Below are positions 54,201 through 64,000 of a stretch of DNA of 64,000 nt, piece by piece. The position numbers were made by a program, and so were the translations under genes. The DNA is taken from the NCBI GenBank assembly GCA_000708835.1, contig DF237082.1, positions 115,702 through 179,701 of the forward strand. Direction: 5' to 3'. Within the stretch, counting starts at the first letter, position 1; every line of letters starts with the position of its first letter. The stretch comes from Klebsormidium nitens. Lineage: Eukaryota > Plantae > Klebsormidiophyceae. The notes under the pieces are model-generated. The model saw only the letters and a list, made by a program, of their open reading frames with translations, was not told where the DNA came from and searched no databases.

Positions 54201-57200
54201 CGTTCCGGTGAAGCGAATTAAGCTGTTTGCGCCTTCGCAGATGAGCAAGTGCGGATAAAGAAGGCCCAGAAAGAACGCGAGAAGAGAGACCAAGAGGGGA
54301 GAGATGCACGGGTGAGGGTGAAGTAAGCTAGACGCTAATTGAGGGAGAAACTCTGTCCAACATCTGGACTCCTCGATACACCTTTTGGCATATCCGATTA
54401 TTGAAGGGGCTCCAACGAGATTACAACGACTAATGACGGAGGAACAAGCGCACACGCATTTCGGCACGGGTTAACTTCTGAAGGGTAGTTGGCACGGAGC
54501 CGAGACACGTCCTTACAAACGTCCAGCGATATTTGCTTGGGTCACAACATTGGTACTTTGTGCTTCGACAAAGCTTCGGGCACAGGTCTTGCGGCTGCGT
54601 TGAAGCAGTCGCAGGGATAGCGCTGTCGTTTGGAAATTGTCTGCATGGGTGCTTCTGTGCGATTACCTTCTTACTAACCGATCAAAAGTTTTTGCTGCAG
54701 AGCGCAGCTCGCATCAGTGGAACGGGCCTCACGTCTTCCTTCATGCAGCCGACGTCATCGTACGCGCAGTCCACGTCACCTTACGCACAGACAACGTCAT
54801 TATACGCACAGCCCACTTTGCCCTTCGCTAGTCACGTGTCCGACGCATACGCGAGCCACGTGTCCGAAACGGACGTCCGTCGTCAGGAGCAGGAGGAGCT
54901 CGCGGCGCTAAAGTGCGCGCAGGCGCACGCGCAGGAAGCGCACCTCGCGCAAATGCTGGAGTCGCTCAGAGCAGAGCAGGCCGCGACGAAAGCGCGCGGG
55001 GCGCTGGAAGCGGAGGCGCGCGAGAACGCGCGGGGGGCCAGGGAGAACGCGCGCGCGTTTCAGGAGCGAGGGGTGCAGGAACTAGGGGCGCGAGAAAGTG
55101 CGCAGGAGAACGAGATCCAGGCGGCGCTGCGCGCGCTAAGGGTGGAGCAAGCGGCGATGAAGGAACGGTTTTCGAGTCAGGAGGACACGATCGTAAATCT
55201 GCAAAGGGAAGCCGCGGCCGCGGCGCGCGAGCGGGACGAGGCGCGACAGCAACTAGAGCGGGTGCAGCGAGGTACGGGTTCAACTGTCCAACATCTGGTT
55301 AACGAAGATGCATGGAGACCTTTGTTTCAGACGGTTTAGGTCGTATATGTATGGGTTGACTTGTTTCAGCTCTACGGGGCTTTGATCTTCGGATTTTGCA
55401 TTCTTAGCCAGCTCTGGGGCTAGCCAGCTGCACCTATTTCCAAATCAGGTCCTCGAGATTGTAGTGTGTAAACTCTTCCGCGAATTGAGGCTCTCTACAT
55501 CTGTCAAGCTGTTCTTGCAACTTGAACGGTAAAGGTCTGTGCAAAGTGAGCCCCCATTTAACAATCAACAAGATTTACAAGCACTGTCGCTCGAAAACGA
55601 ACGAATCACAGACTGTTGAGACGAAGTTTTCAGTGTTGAGTACCTATTTTGGAGGAGCCTTCAAAGTCTCGTCAAAAAACAGCAGCGGAAAGTCCTCTGA
55701 AAGTCTGCAAATTTGCCCAGCTTTCACGGATATGGACAACGACCCATCGTAGACTTATTTCCCCCACACCTCTGCAGGGCGGAACGCCCGGCCGGACTCC
55801 GGAACAAGCGACGGAAGCAGCAGCACAAAATCGGTGGGCCAGTTCCTTGTTTCCGACTCCCGGCTCATGCCCCGGTCTGTCAACCACATCCCCGACGCGG
55901 GAAAAGGCGGATCAGCACCGGCCACACGGGGGAAGCTTCCCTCGGGGCGTACAGCCAGCCCCTCGGTTGTGAGAAAGAAACGTGAGGTTCCGTTTCTCAC
56001 GTCCTTGCGTCTCTCTATTAGCAAATTCGCGGTTGATTCTTGAGAATATATTAACCGAAGGTTACATTGACGTATTTTTGTAAGCGGGGCAAGGCGGATC
56101 AGCGCCGGCAACGGGGGGAAAACTACCATGGGGCGTACGGCCAGCCCCTCGGTTGTGATGAAAAACGTAAGGCTTCGCCTTTTCGCGTCTTTGCAATCGT
56201 TTCTTGAAAAAGTTCCTGATTGAAATGAGATAATAACCTTGCAATATGTTTAAAAAAGGTCGTTTGCAATTCATTCTAGCATTACACGTATTGCTCGTCT
56301 TGTACACTGATGCAAGCTTTGACTGCATTGTGCTTCATTGAGAAGACTCCAGCCGACAGGTCCGAGAAGTATCAGCTGCGCGCTCTTAGTTGCCGCAAAC
56401 CTTCGTAAGAAGATAAAACGAACGACCGCCAGAGTCTATGTGTCGCGCGACGAGGAACCTTGCTGCCTACCTCTTTACCAAAGTGCTTTAGTTCCCAAAT
56501 GCGTCTCGCCTTATCTCGGTTGAACATCACGTGCAGTGGTGAAGTCACCAGCCATCATAGTGACGTCGACGGACCAGAGTCTTCCAGCCAAGTGGGCCAG
56601 AAAAGTGAGCCGCTAGTCGCCCTTTACTTCCCAAGCTTCTGCGACTGATTGGGTTCGCCGTTTAACCAAGTTCGCTTTGATTTGCCTTCCTCAACCAGCT
56701 CTTGCTTCCAGCTTACGGCTCACATTTTGGAGATCCTTCCGACACTGTGTGACCCGTTGACTACGTACTGAAAGGACCTCAGCCAAAATATGTTTGAAGT
56801 GCAGTGAGATGAAAGGTCGAGCGGAATAGATTACCCGTCTGTGCGTATATGCCTCAGCGAGGAATTCCTGTCATCTGGAAGCATAACTCTGTTTCTGGTC
56901 AGTCGTCTCGTAATGTTCTATTCCCCAAGGACGTCTGCTTCTTCAGGAAAAGCGCCTCCTTCTTTCTGAGAGACCTTCCGACACTCCTATTTTTGCAAGT
57001 GACGAGGCTGGATATCCTTGCATTCCGCTTCGTGTGTCGCTTCGCCTAGCTTCTCTATCCTTACAGGGAAAGTACTTGATCAACCCGTGTGCTCAATGTT
57101 GGCCCCTTTAGTGTAATTTGAAAAGACCCAGACGTCTCGCCACTCCTTCTCTGCAGGTTCCTGCCGCGCCAGCCCACGAAACGCGCGCGAGCAGTAAAGC

Positions 57201-57267
57201 CGCATCGCACGCGGAGAAGCTGGCCAAGCTGCAGCAGAGCAGGGCGGCAGGCAGGCTCTGGACGTAA
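51263..57267 (+). CDS. Multi-exon coiled-coil/low-complexity protein, tentatively CCDC66/CSPP1-like (centrosome/cilium)
   Basis: Exons 51263-51314, 51824-52279, 53016-53250, 53590-53777, 54241-54311, 54701-55271, ~55781-55968 and 57157-57267 join in frame; the last junction has an alternative donor about 13 nt later. Two repeated motifs, KKLQYQRELDEQVRLKREK and KRQQLIADLDEQVRIKKAQKERE, resemble from memory the ELDEQV-K motif of CCDC66. The gene structure is better supported than the family call. Confidence 0.6.
52822..53045 (+). repeat. Acceptor-junction tandem array (~90-96-bp unit, 3 copies) in the CCDC66-like gene
   Basis: TACGCAG|ATGAACAGGTTAGACT at 53016 (true) and 52926, with a degenerate copy at ~52830. 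The shared spacer is CACC/CGCCGGTAT(T/C)GCTTCGAGCGGGGAAGCA. Confidence 0.9.
55897..56172 (+). repeat. Duplicated exon end plus donor region in the CCDC66-like gene
   Basis: 55897-55985 versus 56084-56172: GCGGG(A/G)(A/C)AAGGCGGATCAGC..GGGCGTAC(A/G)GCCAGCCCCTCGGTTGTGA..AAACGT(G/A)AGG. Confidence 0.9.
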
Positions 57268-58698
57268 CGCTTTGGCTGCAGCGCCGCTTATACGTTACAG
57301 TCCGTCCTTACAGATCTGGAATATACAAGTCTTGGAGAAGAAGCTAGAGTTTCAAAGTAGGATGTTGAGGATCTGCATGTTCCAAACACTTGTGAGATAA
57401 TTCAGTCATGGCCTTGTAACACGGTAGGGGCTTTCGTGTCTCAGAACAGCTGTCTCGATTCCAACTCAACGCAGTGATCGCCTTCATTCTAGCTGAGATT
57501 CAATTCGAGTAGCGGCCGGCATGTTTATTGGCACACCTCGTACCTCGTACGTGTCACTTGACCATTGGACCATGTCTCAATCATTGCTCAAATTAAGGGT
57601 TTCATCTAGTGCACTTTGTAGTAGTTCCTTCAACTTAAGTGCACGAGCTTAGTACCTAGACGCCGGGCCTTTGCAGTCGGAGCTACGTGTTTAGACCGTT
57701 TCCGACGCGCGGCGCGCCGTGTCAGCATAGAAACAACACAAGATTTGTTACAGTATTCTTCCAAGCAGGATATACTGTGAGGCAGTCATCATGTGAGCGG
57801 TGGCGCCGGTGGCCGTATGTCTTATATTCGATCCACACATGTGCATGGTACATACACCGGAAATTTATATATACTACGGCGGCAGTGCATGACATAAAAA
57901 CCCTCAACAGCTCTATCGTGTACAATTACCATCGGAGTTGGCAAGGGCGACGTGCGTCCGAATCAGTTTGGCGGCGCATGGATCCCACATGTGGCTCACG
58001 ATAAACGTACATTGACGCTTAGAAATGCGTATACAATCCAAACGATGAGTCCGCCGCGGAAACCGGCAGCAATTATGTAATATAGTGCAGATTTGAAGAA
58101 GAGCTCTCTAATGGTTATATACATTGCATCTACACATTGGATGGCGGCAGGCACCGGGCCTGACGTGACAAGGACATTTGCTGGGAACCTATTTCGTGTT
58201 CAATCCGACAGACTGATACGGTCTTGAGATCGACTACGATTGCATCTACCGCGAGCTAGCTAGTTGCATTTGTACTATCCTTCCGAAATCTTTTGAACAC
58301 GGTTCTTATAACAACATATCTTCTTTCTATACCGACTGTTATCACGCGAGCGCGCGCGCAAAAAGCAAAGCTTAAATGTCTCCGACTTAATAAAGCTTCT
58401 TTTGAAGAGCCCATATGTAAATCTAAATTGCTTCTTTCTCGCCAATTCTGAATCCGCCTCCGCCAACTCATTCGCTTTCTAACGTTCGAATTCCAACCGC
58501 TATAGTGCCTAAGCAACCGCCTTTTGAATGAAATCCTTCAAACCATTGTAAAGCACTGTAAACGTCGTTGCTTTTCCTGGTCATCAAATGAAGCAGCTGC
58601 CGCGAGAATATATAGCGTGCGCTAAATACATGATTATGGCAACTTTGCCGCCAATCTCGGCAAAAAACTTATGAAGTTCGCTCGACGCGCTCGAAAGG

Positions 58699-61600
58699 TT
58701 AGACCCTCTTCTCCGTGCCGCGGAGAGCTTTGTAGACGGCGGCCGTGTCTTCATTGCCGTAGCCAAGACTCTTGGCCAGGATGAAGTTCTGCAAACGCGG
58801 GAGTAGACCGGTTTACAAGGATTCGTGCCGTGGGCATAGTTCGAAGAAGCTGATACAGGCATCCATCGTTTGGAAGCGTTGTGAGTCTTCCTTTTAGCGG
58901 TCCCCAGAACTTGATCGTGCGAACAAATGATGCTTCGACTTGGCTACGATGCAGCATACGAGCTTAGAATCTTACCCTGTGCAGAGAAGAGAAAGAAACG
59001 TTCGGAAGGTCCACGCAGATTGATCTTGACTGACCCTCTGAACATTTTCGTCGGTCCAGTTGGATTCTAAGATGAAACCCTTTCGGGTCTTGCTCAGATG
59101 CCAGCGTGTATGCCGCAACTGACCCCTACCAAGGGCAACTTTGTGCAAAACCCCTTTTTAATCTCTCATTACTAGAGGATCCTACACAGGTTTTGCGGAG
59201 GTCGTAAAGCTGCCGGCGGCTGCGGCAAAAGCTACACCGACCGCAAAGAATAAGCTTTTCAAACAAGCTTTATTCGCGCACGCAAAAAAAAGACCTCCAT
59301 TAATCTGCTAAAACGTTGCTACTAAACTGCGTAGGACCTGTTACGACCTGCTCAAAATCAAAAGCTGCTGCCAAAAAAATGTAAAAGAATCTGTAAACCC
59401 TTACCTGGTTAGCGGCCGCCGCCCCGACCGCGAGCACGAGCCTCATATCCCTCTGATGTTGTTCTAGCGGAAACGACACCGAAAACTCTTCACACCCTAA
59501 TGATTCTATCTCCAACCTTTCTCAAAAAAACGAGAACTCTAATCCTTGAACAAAGAGGAAACGAAAAGACTAATCCTTTAACAAAGAGGGAACCGTCTTT
59601 ACCTGATCAGCGGCCGCGGCGACTGGCAGCGGTTGCGCCACCTCGTCTCCGACCGCAAGCGCGAGCCTCATATCCTTCTGATGATGCTTCAGCGGAAACG
59701 ACACCGGATACTCCCCCTTCAACATCTCCGGACCCTTTGTTTTGAACAGTCCGCACGACATCGCACCCGCGTCGAGAACTTCCAGAAGCGACTCTTGGCT
59801 TAAACCCGCTTTCTCACTGAGCGCTAGGCCTTCAGAAAGTGCGTTAAGCATGGTTCCCATAACCATGTTAACGGTAACCTTCATTCTGGCGCCGTTGCCG
59901 ACGTCACCCAGGAACAGGGCCTTGCTGCCGAGGATGTCGAGCGCGGGCTTGACGTCCGAGAAGAGGGACTGAGAAGGGAGGCGCGAAAACAGGGCCTCTT
60001 GTCAGTGCGGGACTTGATTTTGAGAAGAGAGGCTGGGGGAGGGGGGAGGAGAAAACGGGGCCTCTTGTCAAAGGTAGGTCGAAACGCGCAATTAGGGAAG
60101 AGCCGCGAAGTCCGAAAAGAGGGACCGAGATTAAACGAGGGAAAAAGGGGCCTCTTGTCAGGGCGGCGATCTCAAACGTTCACCTGAACACAGAAGAGTG
60201 GTTGCAGCGACGAGAAAACGGACGAGAAGAGGGACTCTGGAGGGAGAGGCGAAAACAGGGCCTCTTTGTCTGAGCGGGGAATAGCGTCTCAGTAAAGGGA
60301 CTGGGTCAACAAAGAAAGGACCTTCTATCAGAGCGGTAGATTGAAATTGCCCAAGATGAAGGGATGAGCGGTGACGTTCGGAAAGAGGGAATGAGAAGGA
60401 AGAAGGAAAACAGGGCCTCTCCTTAGAGCGGCAGACTTAGGCGTTCTTCTTGAGACAGAAGAGTACGAGCAGTGACGAGAAGAGGGTCTGTGTGTGGAAC
60501 AGGCGAAAACGGGGCCGCTTGTCAGAGCGTCGGTCTGAGAGAAGCGCCCAAACAGAGAATAGAAGAACCGCACATGGACTAGAAAGGTGCAGTTGGTCAA
60601 GAAAGGAGGGATGTTGGAGATTTTCAGAGGTGCTGCATAAAGAGAAGCTTTTGGGAAGGGGAAAGGAGTTTTGTGTCAAGAGCTCAACAAGGCGCTCAGC
60701 GACTCTGTACTAATTGTTTACGTGGATCAAGCAACAACAAACGGAAAGTCTAGCCTTCCAGGTGTCCTCTGCCAAAGTTACCCTATGAGAACAGTCAACT
60801 TCGATTCGATGCAAGCGGCATGACCATCGACAACCAGAAGAACCTCGCAAAAGCTCTCCCCAAGTGGGCCGAAAATGCCGTTCGTTTCCACTATACACAC
60901 GGGAGGGCTGCAATTTCGTCACATCAGGTTGCTTTATGGGTGGAAGTGTTCCATTCAGATATGAAGTTTCGTTTCAATACGATAACAAAGGACGGCTTCG
61001 AATCACAAGCAACAAGGTTGCTCTGAATGCTCCAGCGCTTGCAATGATAGTGACTGAAAGAATTCTAGAGCCATGCTCAAGTAGGGCAAAGGCGAGTCTC
61101 CGTTCACCAAAGCGTCAAACCAGATTGCTGTTTGCACCGCGATGTCGGAATCGTTAAGCAGACCAAGAGAAAGAAGGTCAGATGATACCGTGATGAAGGA
61201 AAGAGAATTTACACCCGCACCTTGTCCCCTGCAGTTAAGAAGATGAGCTTGCCCTGTTCTGCGGGCTGCTTTGTTCCCGAGACAGGTGCCTCCAAATAGC
61301 GCCCGCCCTTTTTTGTGACCGCCTGCCAGACACAACAAGGTTCAAATCTAGAATTGTCAAATTGGTAAAATCAAGCGGAGACAATCCAGAACGAATCGAT
61401 CCCTAACAAGAGATTGTTGAAAGCTGCCTGAGCACTTCTAGACCAGAGAAGTGCAACCTCACAACCAATTAAAATCGTGGACGAGCATGTTCCAGGAAAC
61501 ACAAGGGAGACTATCATGGTGTTTCCTCAAGACGGAACAACTTATAGAAATTGACTGGAGATGGAGATTTTTCTGTAGATCAAATGTTTGACAGACGCAG

Positions 61601-63277
61601 AGGCAGTGAGAGATTTGGAAGCACCCGAGCTTAGCAGTCAAAAGTCAAAGAGAAGTGATAGATTCAACATTGCACCGCCTTAGCCCCATGTTGACGAGCT
61701 TGTAAATGTGTCTTGACTCCAGAAGAACTGTATGGTTGAGTAAATTCAGAAGCTTACATCGCTGATCTTCTTGGAAGTGTTAGGTCCCACTGTCGATGCA
61801 TCAACGTACGCCTTTCCCTCCTTGATCCCGTTCAAAACACCGTCAGGTCCAAAAGTAACCTGTAGTGCAATGAGAGCAGATATCATTCAGCGCAAACGAT
61901 GGTGGAAAGGGACTGTTCATGCAACACCCCAAAAACCTTTACGTCAGGAATTTTTACTGCTTCAATCACGAAACAAGGTGATCCAATCATTTCTGGTCGG
62001 AAAACTGAAATCTGTTCTCACTGGCGTGCATTGCAAAAGCCTCCCTCAGCGCAACATCCCAACCTCTGGCCTGTTTTGAGTAAGTGGCTCTGATTGCTTG
62101 TCTGACATGATACGAGATTCTTCACACAGTCCAGGACAATTGTAATAAAGATGAGCAGTGCCTATTCAGCGGCATTTAACTTTCTGCATATGGCTCTTAC
62201 AGCCTAAGTACTGCCTCCAGCGCCCAGTATGACCAGAAACAAATTTAAGAAAGAGCATTGCTCACCTCCAGTGCAACTTCATCCTGCGCCAGCATTGCAA
62301 AGGTGATTGGGCACTGCGCCACGACATCGGCGGGGCTTTTGCCAGCTTTTGCCCCCTCTTGCACTAGCTCCTCACACTGCGATAAAAAGGGGTTTCGCTG
62401 TTAACCAGAGCTGGTTACTTGCAGGTAACTACTTGAAGCTAGATATAATCAGTTGCCTTGCATCAATTGTGTTTCAAAGCAGATTCTTCATTCCTTTGTT
62501 TTCAGAACTTCATCCGGTGGGGGTGAACAATCCAGTGATTGAGTGAAGGAACTACTTTCCGTCTTTGTGGGAGTCCTTGCATGTGTGGTCACAGGCACGC
62601 CACGTGTCAAGCACCCCAGATCGCTGTTTCATCAAAACACGTTGCCGGAATGCAATTTGAGCAGATTCTTTCGCTGGTAAGTATCAAGTGCACAGGTGCG
62701 ATGACAACTGGGCGGTGAACAGAGTCAGTCCCCTTCAATCACTGACACTGAGATTTTGATCCAGTAAGGCTGCACATGCAGTGCGGCAGGTTGTGGCCGC
62801 TTGCTCGGGAAGACAACCCCCGGTAGGTTAAAGATCCATGAATGAATGCATATTGATAGTGTCCATGTTCTGTGTGCATGACGGGTACCAGAACTCCTTC
62901 CTGGCTGAGCAGATAAGCAAGTGATCACTGAATGGTCACCTGTTGCTCAATTACCCCTGAATCTTTCCGGCCCAAATTAAGAACCAGCATTCCTCTTCGG
63001 TGATCACGCCCAGAAGTAAGCTCCAGCATGCAACAGAGACCCTACTTGAAATAGAAGTCCATACTGATCATCAGGAAGAAGTGCATGGCTAGGACCACCA
63101 CTCCAAAGCAGTGGTCTAGCTACTACAAGTAGACACCTTGAAGAAAGTTGTATGAAAGCCACGTACTTTGCTGGCCGTCCTGTTCCACACCACCACTTTC
63201 TTCCCCGCCTTGATCAGGTTGCGCACCATGGCGGTGCCCATTATGCCGAGGCCCAGAAAACCATACGGCTCCGCCAT
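58699..63277 (-). CDS. GLYR: Glyoxylate/succinic semialdehyde reductase (beta-hydroxyacid dehydrogenase family)
   Basis: Exons 63277-63167, 62376-62266, 61859-61758, 61322-61221, 59968-59603 and 58788-58699 are all phase 0. Motifs: [87 protein letters not shown] and [16 protein letters not shown]. Confidence 0.92.
59401..59710 (-). repeat. Intronic copy of the GLYR exon-5 end plus donor
   Basis: The copy at 59401-59490 encodes [26 protein letters not shown]|gtaagg; the true end is [35 protein letters not shown]|gtaaag (ends 59603). Confidence 0.88.
59955..60535 (-). repeat. GLYR acceptor-junction array (6-7 degenerate units of branch point + polypyrimidine tract + AG + exon start)
   Basis: On the + strand AAAA(C/A)(A/G)GGGCC(T/G)CTTGTCA-like cores lie at ~59986, 60052, 60142, 60252, 60408 and 60506, each preceded by a GA(G/A)AAGAG(G/A)G-like copy of the exon start. 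Confidence 0.85.
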
Positions 63278-63664
63278 GTTTCGAATTTGTGATAGAATCA
63301 ACAAAAGTGATCAGGTGCTTGCAGTTTGTTGCTTAGGACCAGCTTTGATCGGTCGCGCAGATGCAGAAACAAGTTTTTGCCACAGGCAGCTTTTGCGTGA
63401 GAGATAAAGACGAGCTATCTAGACCTTCGTGGTACCCCTGCTGAAAATAGCGACAATTGGCGGGAGCTGAAAGTGCGCCTTCTGCCAGGTTCTCGATTGC
63501 AGAACAAACAGCCTCGATAAAACACCTCGCAACTACCAGAGTAAGACTAGCTGGGCTGATACTAACACTATATGACCAGAAGATCTGAGAAGATCCAGGA
63601 TACTGTAGAAGTAAAGGCGCCGCCAGCTGGCGCAGCGATAAGCTGCGCCTCTGTCATATGCACT

Positions 63665-63708
63665 GCTATGCCGTGCAATGCCGTGCAATGCACTACAATG
63701 CCGTGCAT
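63665..63708 (+). repeat. Short tandem repeat (~10-bp unit)
   Basis: GCTATGCCGT-GCAATGCCGT-GCAATGCACT-ACAATGCCGT-GCAT. Confidence 0.75.
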
Positions 63709-63732
63709 GCTAAGGGTCTTTACACACAGAGC

Positions 63733-63916
63733 GGGTGAACTTGGTTTTGAGCGACGGTACAGCAGGGGTTGCGCTGCTCCCGTCGCCAAGAAAACACCGC
63801 GGGTGAACTCAGGTGAACTTTTCAATTCGCCGGCAAGTACGGCCTGACGTCAGCTTTTTCACCGCGGTGTTCCAAAGTGCTACCCCAAAAAAAGCCTGGT
63901 GAACGGTGGTGAACTT
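63733..63916. repeat. Cluster of GGTGAAC motifs with a near-perfect inverted repeat
   Basis: GGTGAAC occurs 5 times (~63734, 63802, 63812, 63898, 63908). AACACCGCGGGTGAA (63793-63807) is the reverse complement of TTCACCGCGGTGTT (63858-63871) apart from one extra G. Confidence 0.7.
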
Positions 63917-64000
63917 TTTTGGACCGTCGCGCGGGACTACTTTTACGTGAGGAAGTTACCCCACAGAGTGACAAAGTAAACTTTCGCAAAACCCTGTCAC

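Noticed and set aside
58256-58690. Short ORFs downstream of GLYR that looked like a separate gene
   Set aside because: The adjacent 58788-58699 segment is the GLYR last exon; the remainder is most simply 3' UTR/intergenic with no motif.

Overview
Eukaryotic, intron-rich, GC-rich nuclear DNA. The gene content (plant-type DUF1296/GIP1 and GLYR, an outer-dynein-arm docking-complex gene, a methionine synthase reductase) points to a flagellated streptophyte green alga such as Klebsormidium; this assignment is inference. I reconstructed 10 protein-coding genes by hand from GT-AG sites and reading-frame continuity: CDC5L (5' truncated), DUF1296/GIP1-like, ACINUS, ARGLU1-like, MTRR-like diflavin reductase, SNRNP25, an intronless 21-aa-repeat protein, ODA-DC2/CCDC114-like, a CCDC66/CSPP1-like coiled-coil gene and GLYR. 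A decayed multi-exon gene lies at about 6.1-9.7 kb. The most unusual signal is that introns of four unrelated genes (at least 11 junctions) contain tandem, degenerate copies of the adjacent splice site plus exon edge. By manual codon comparison these copies differ from the functional exon mostly at synonymous positions, while the intron-derived spacers are much more diverged. Also notable are an orphan RTX-like beta-solenoid ORF and an MTRR with a long hydrophobic N-terminal hairpin. I found no rRNA, tRNA, CRISPR array or intact transposon. All exon models and substitution counts are manual.
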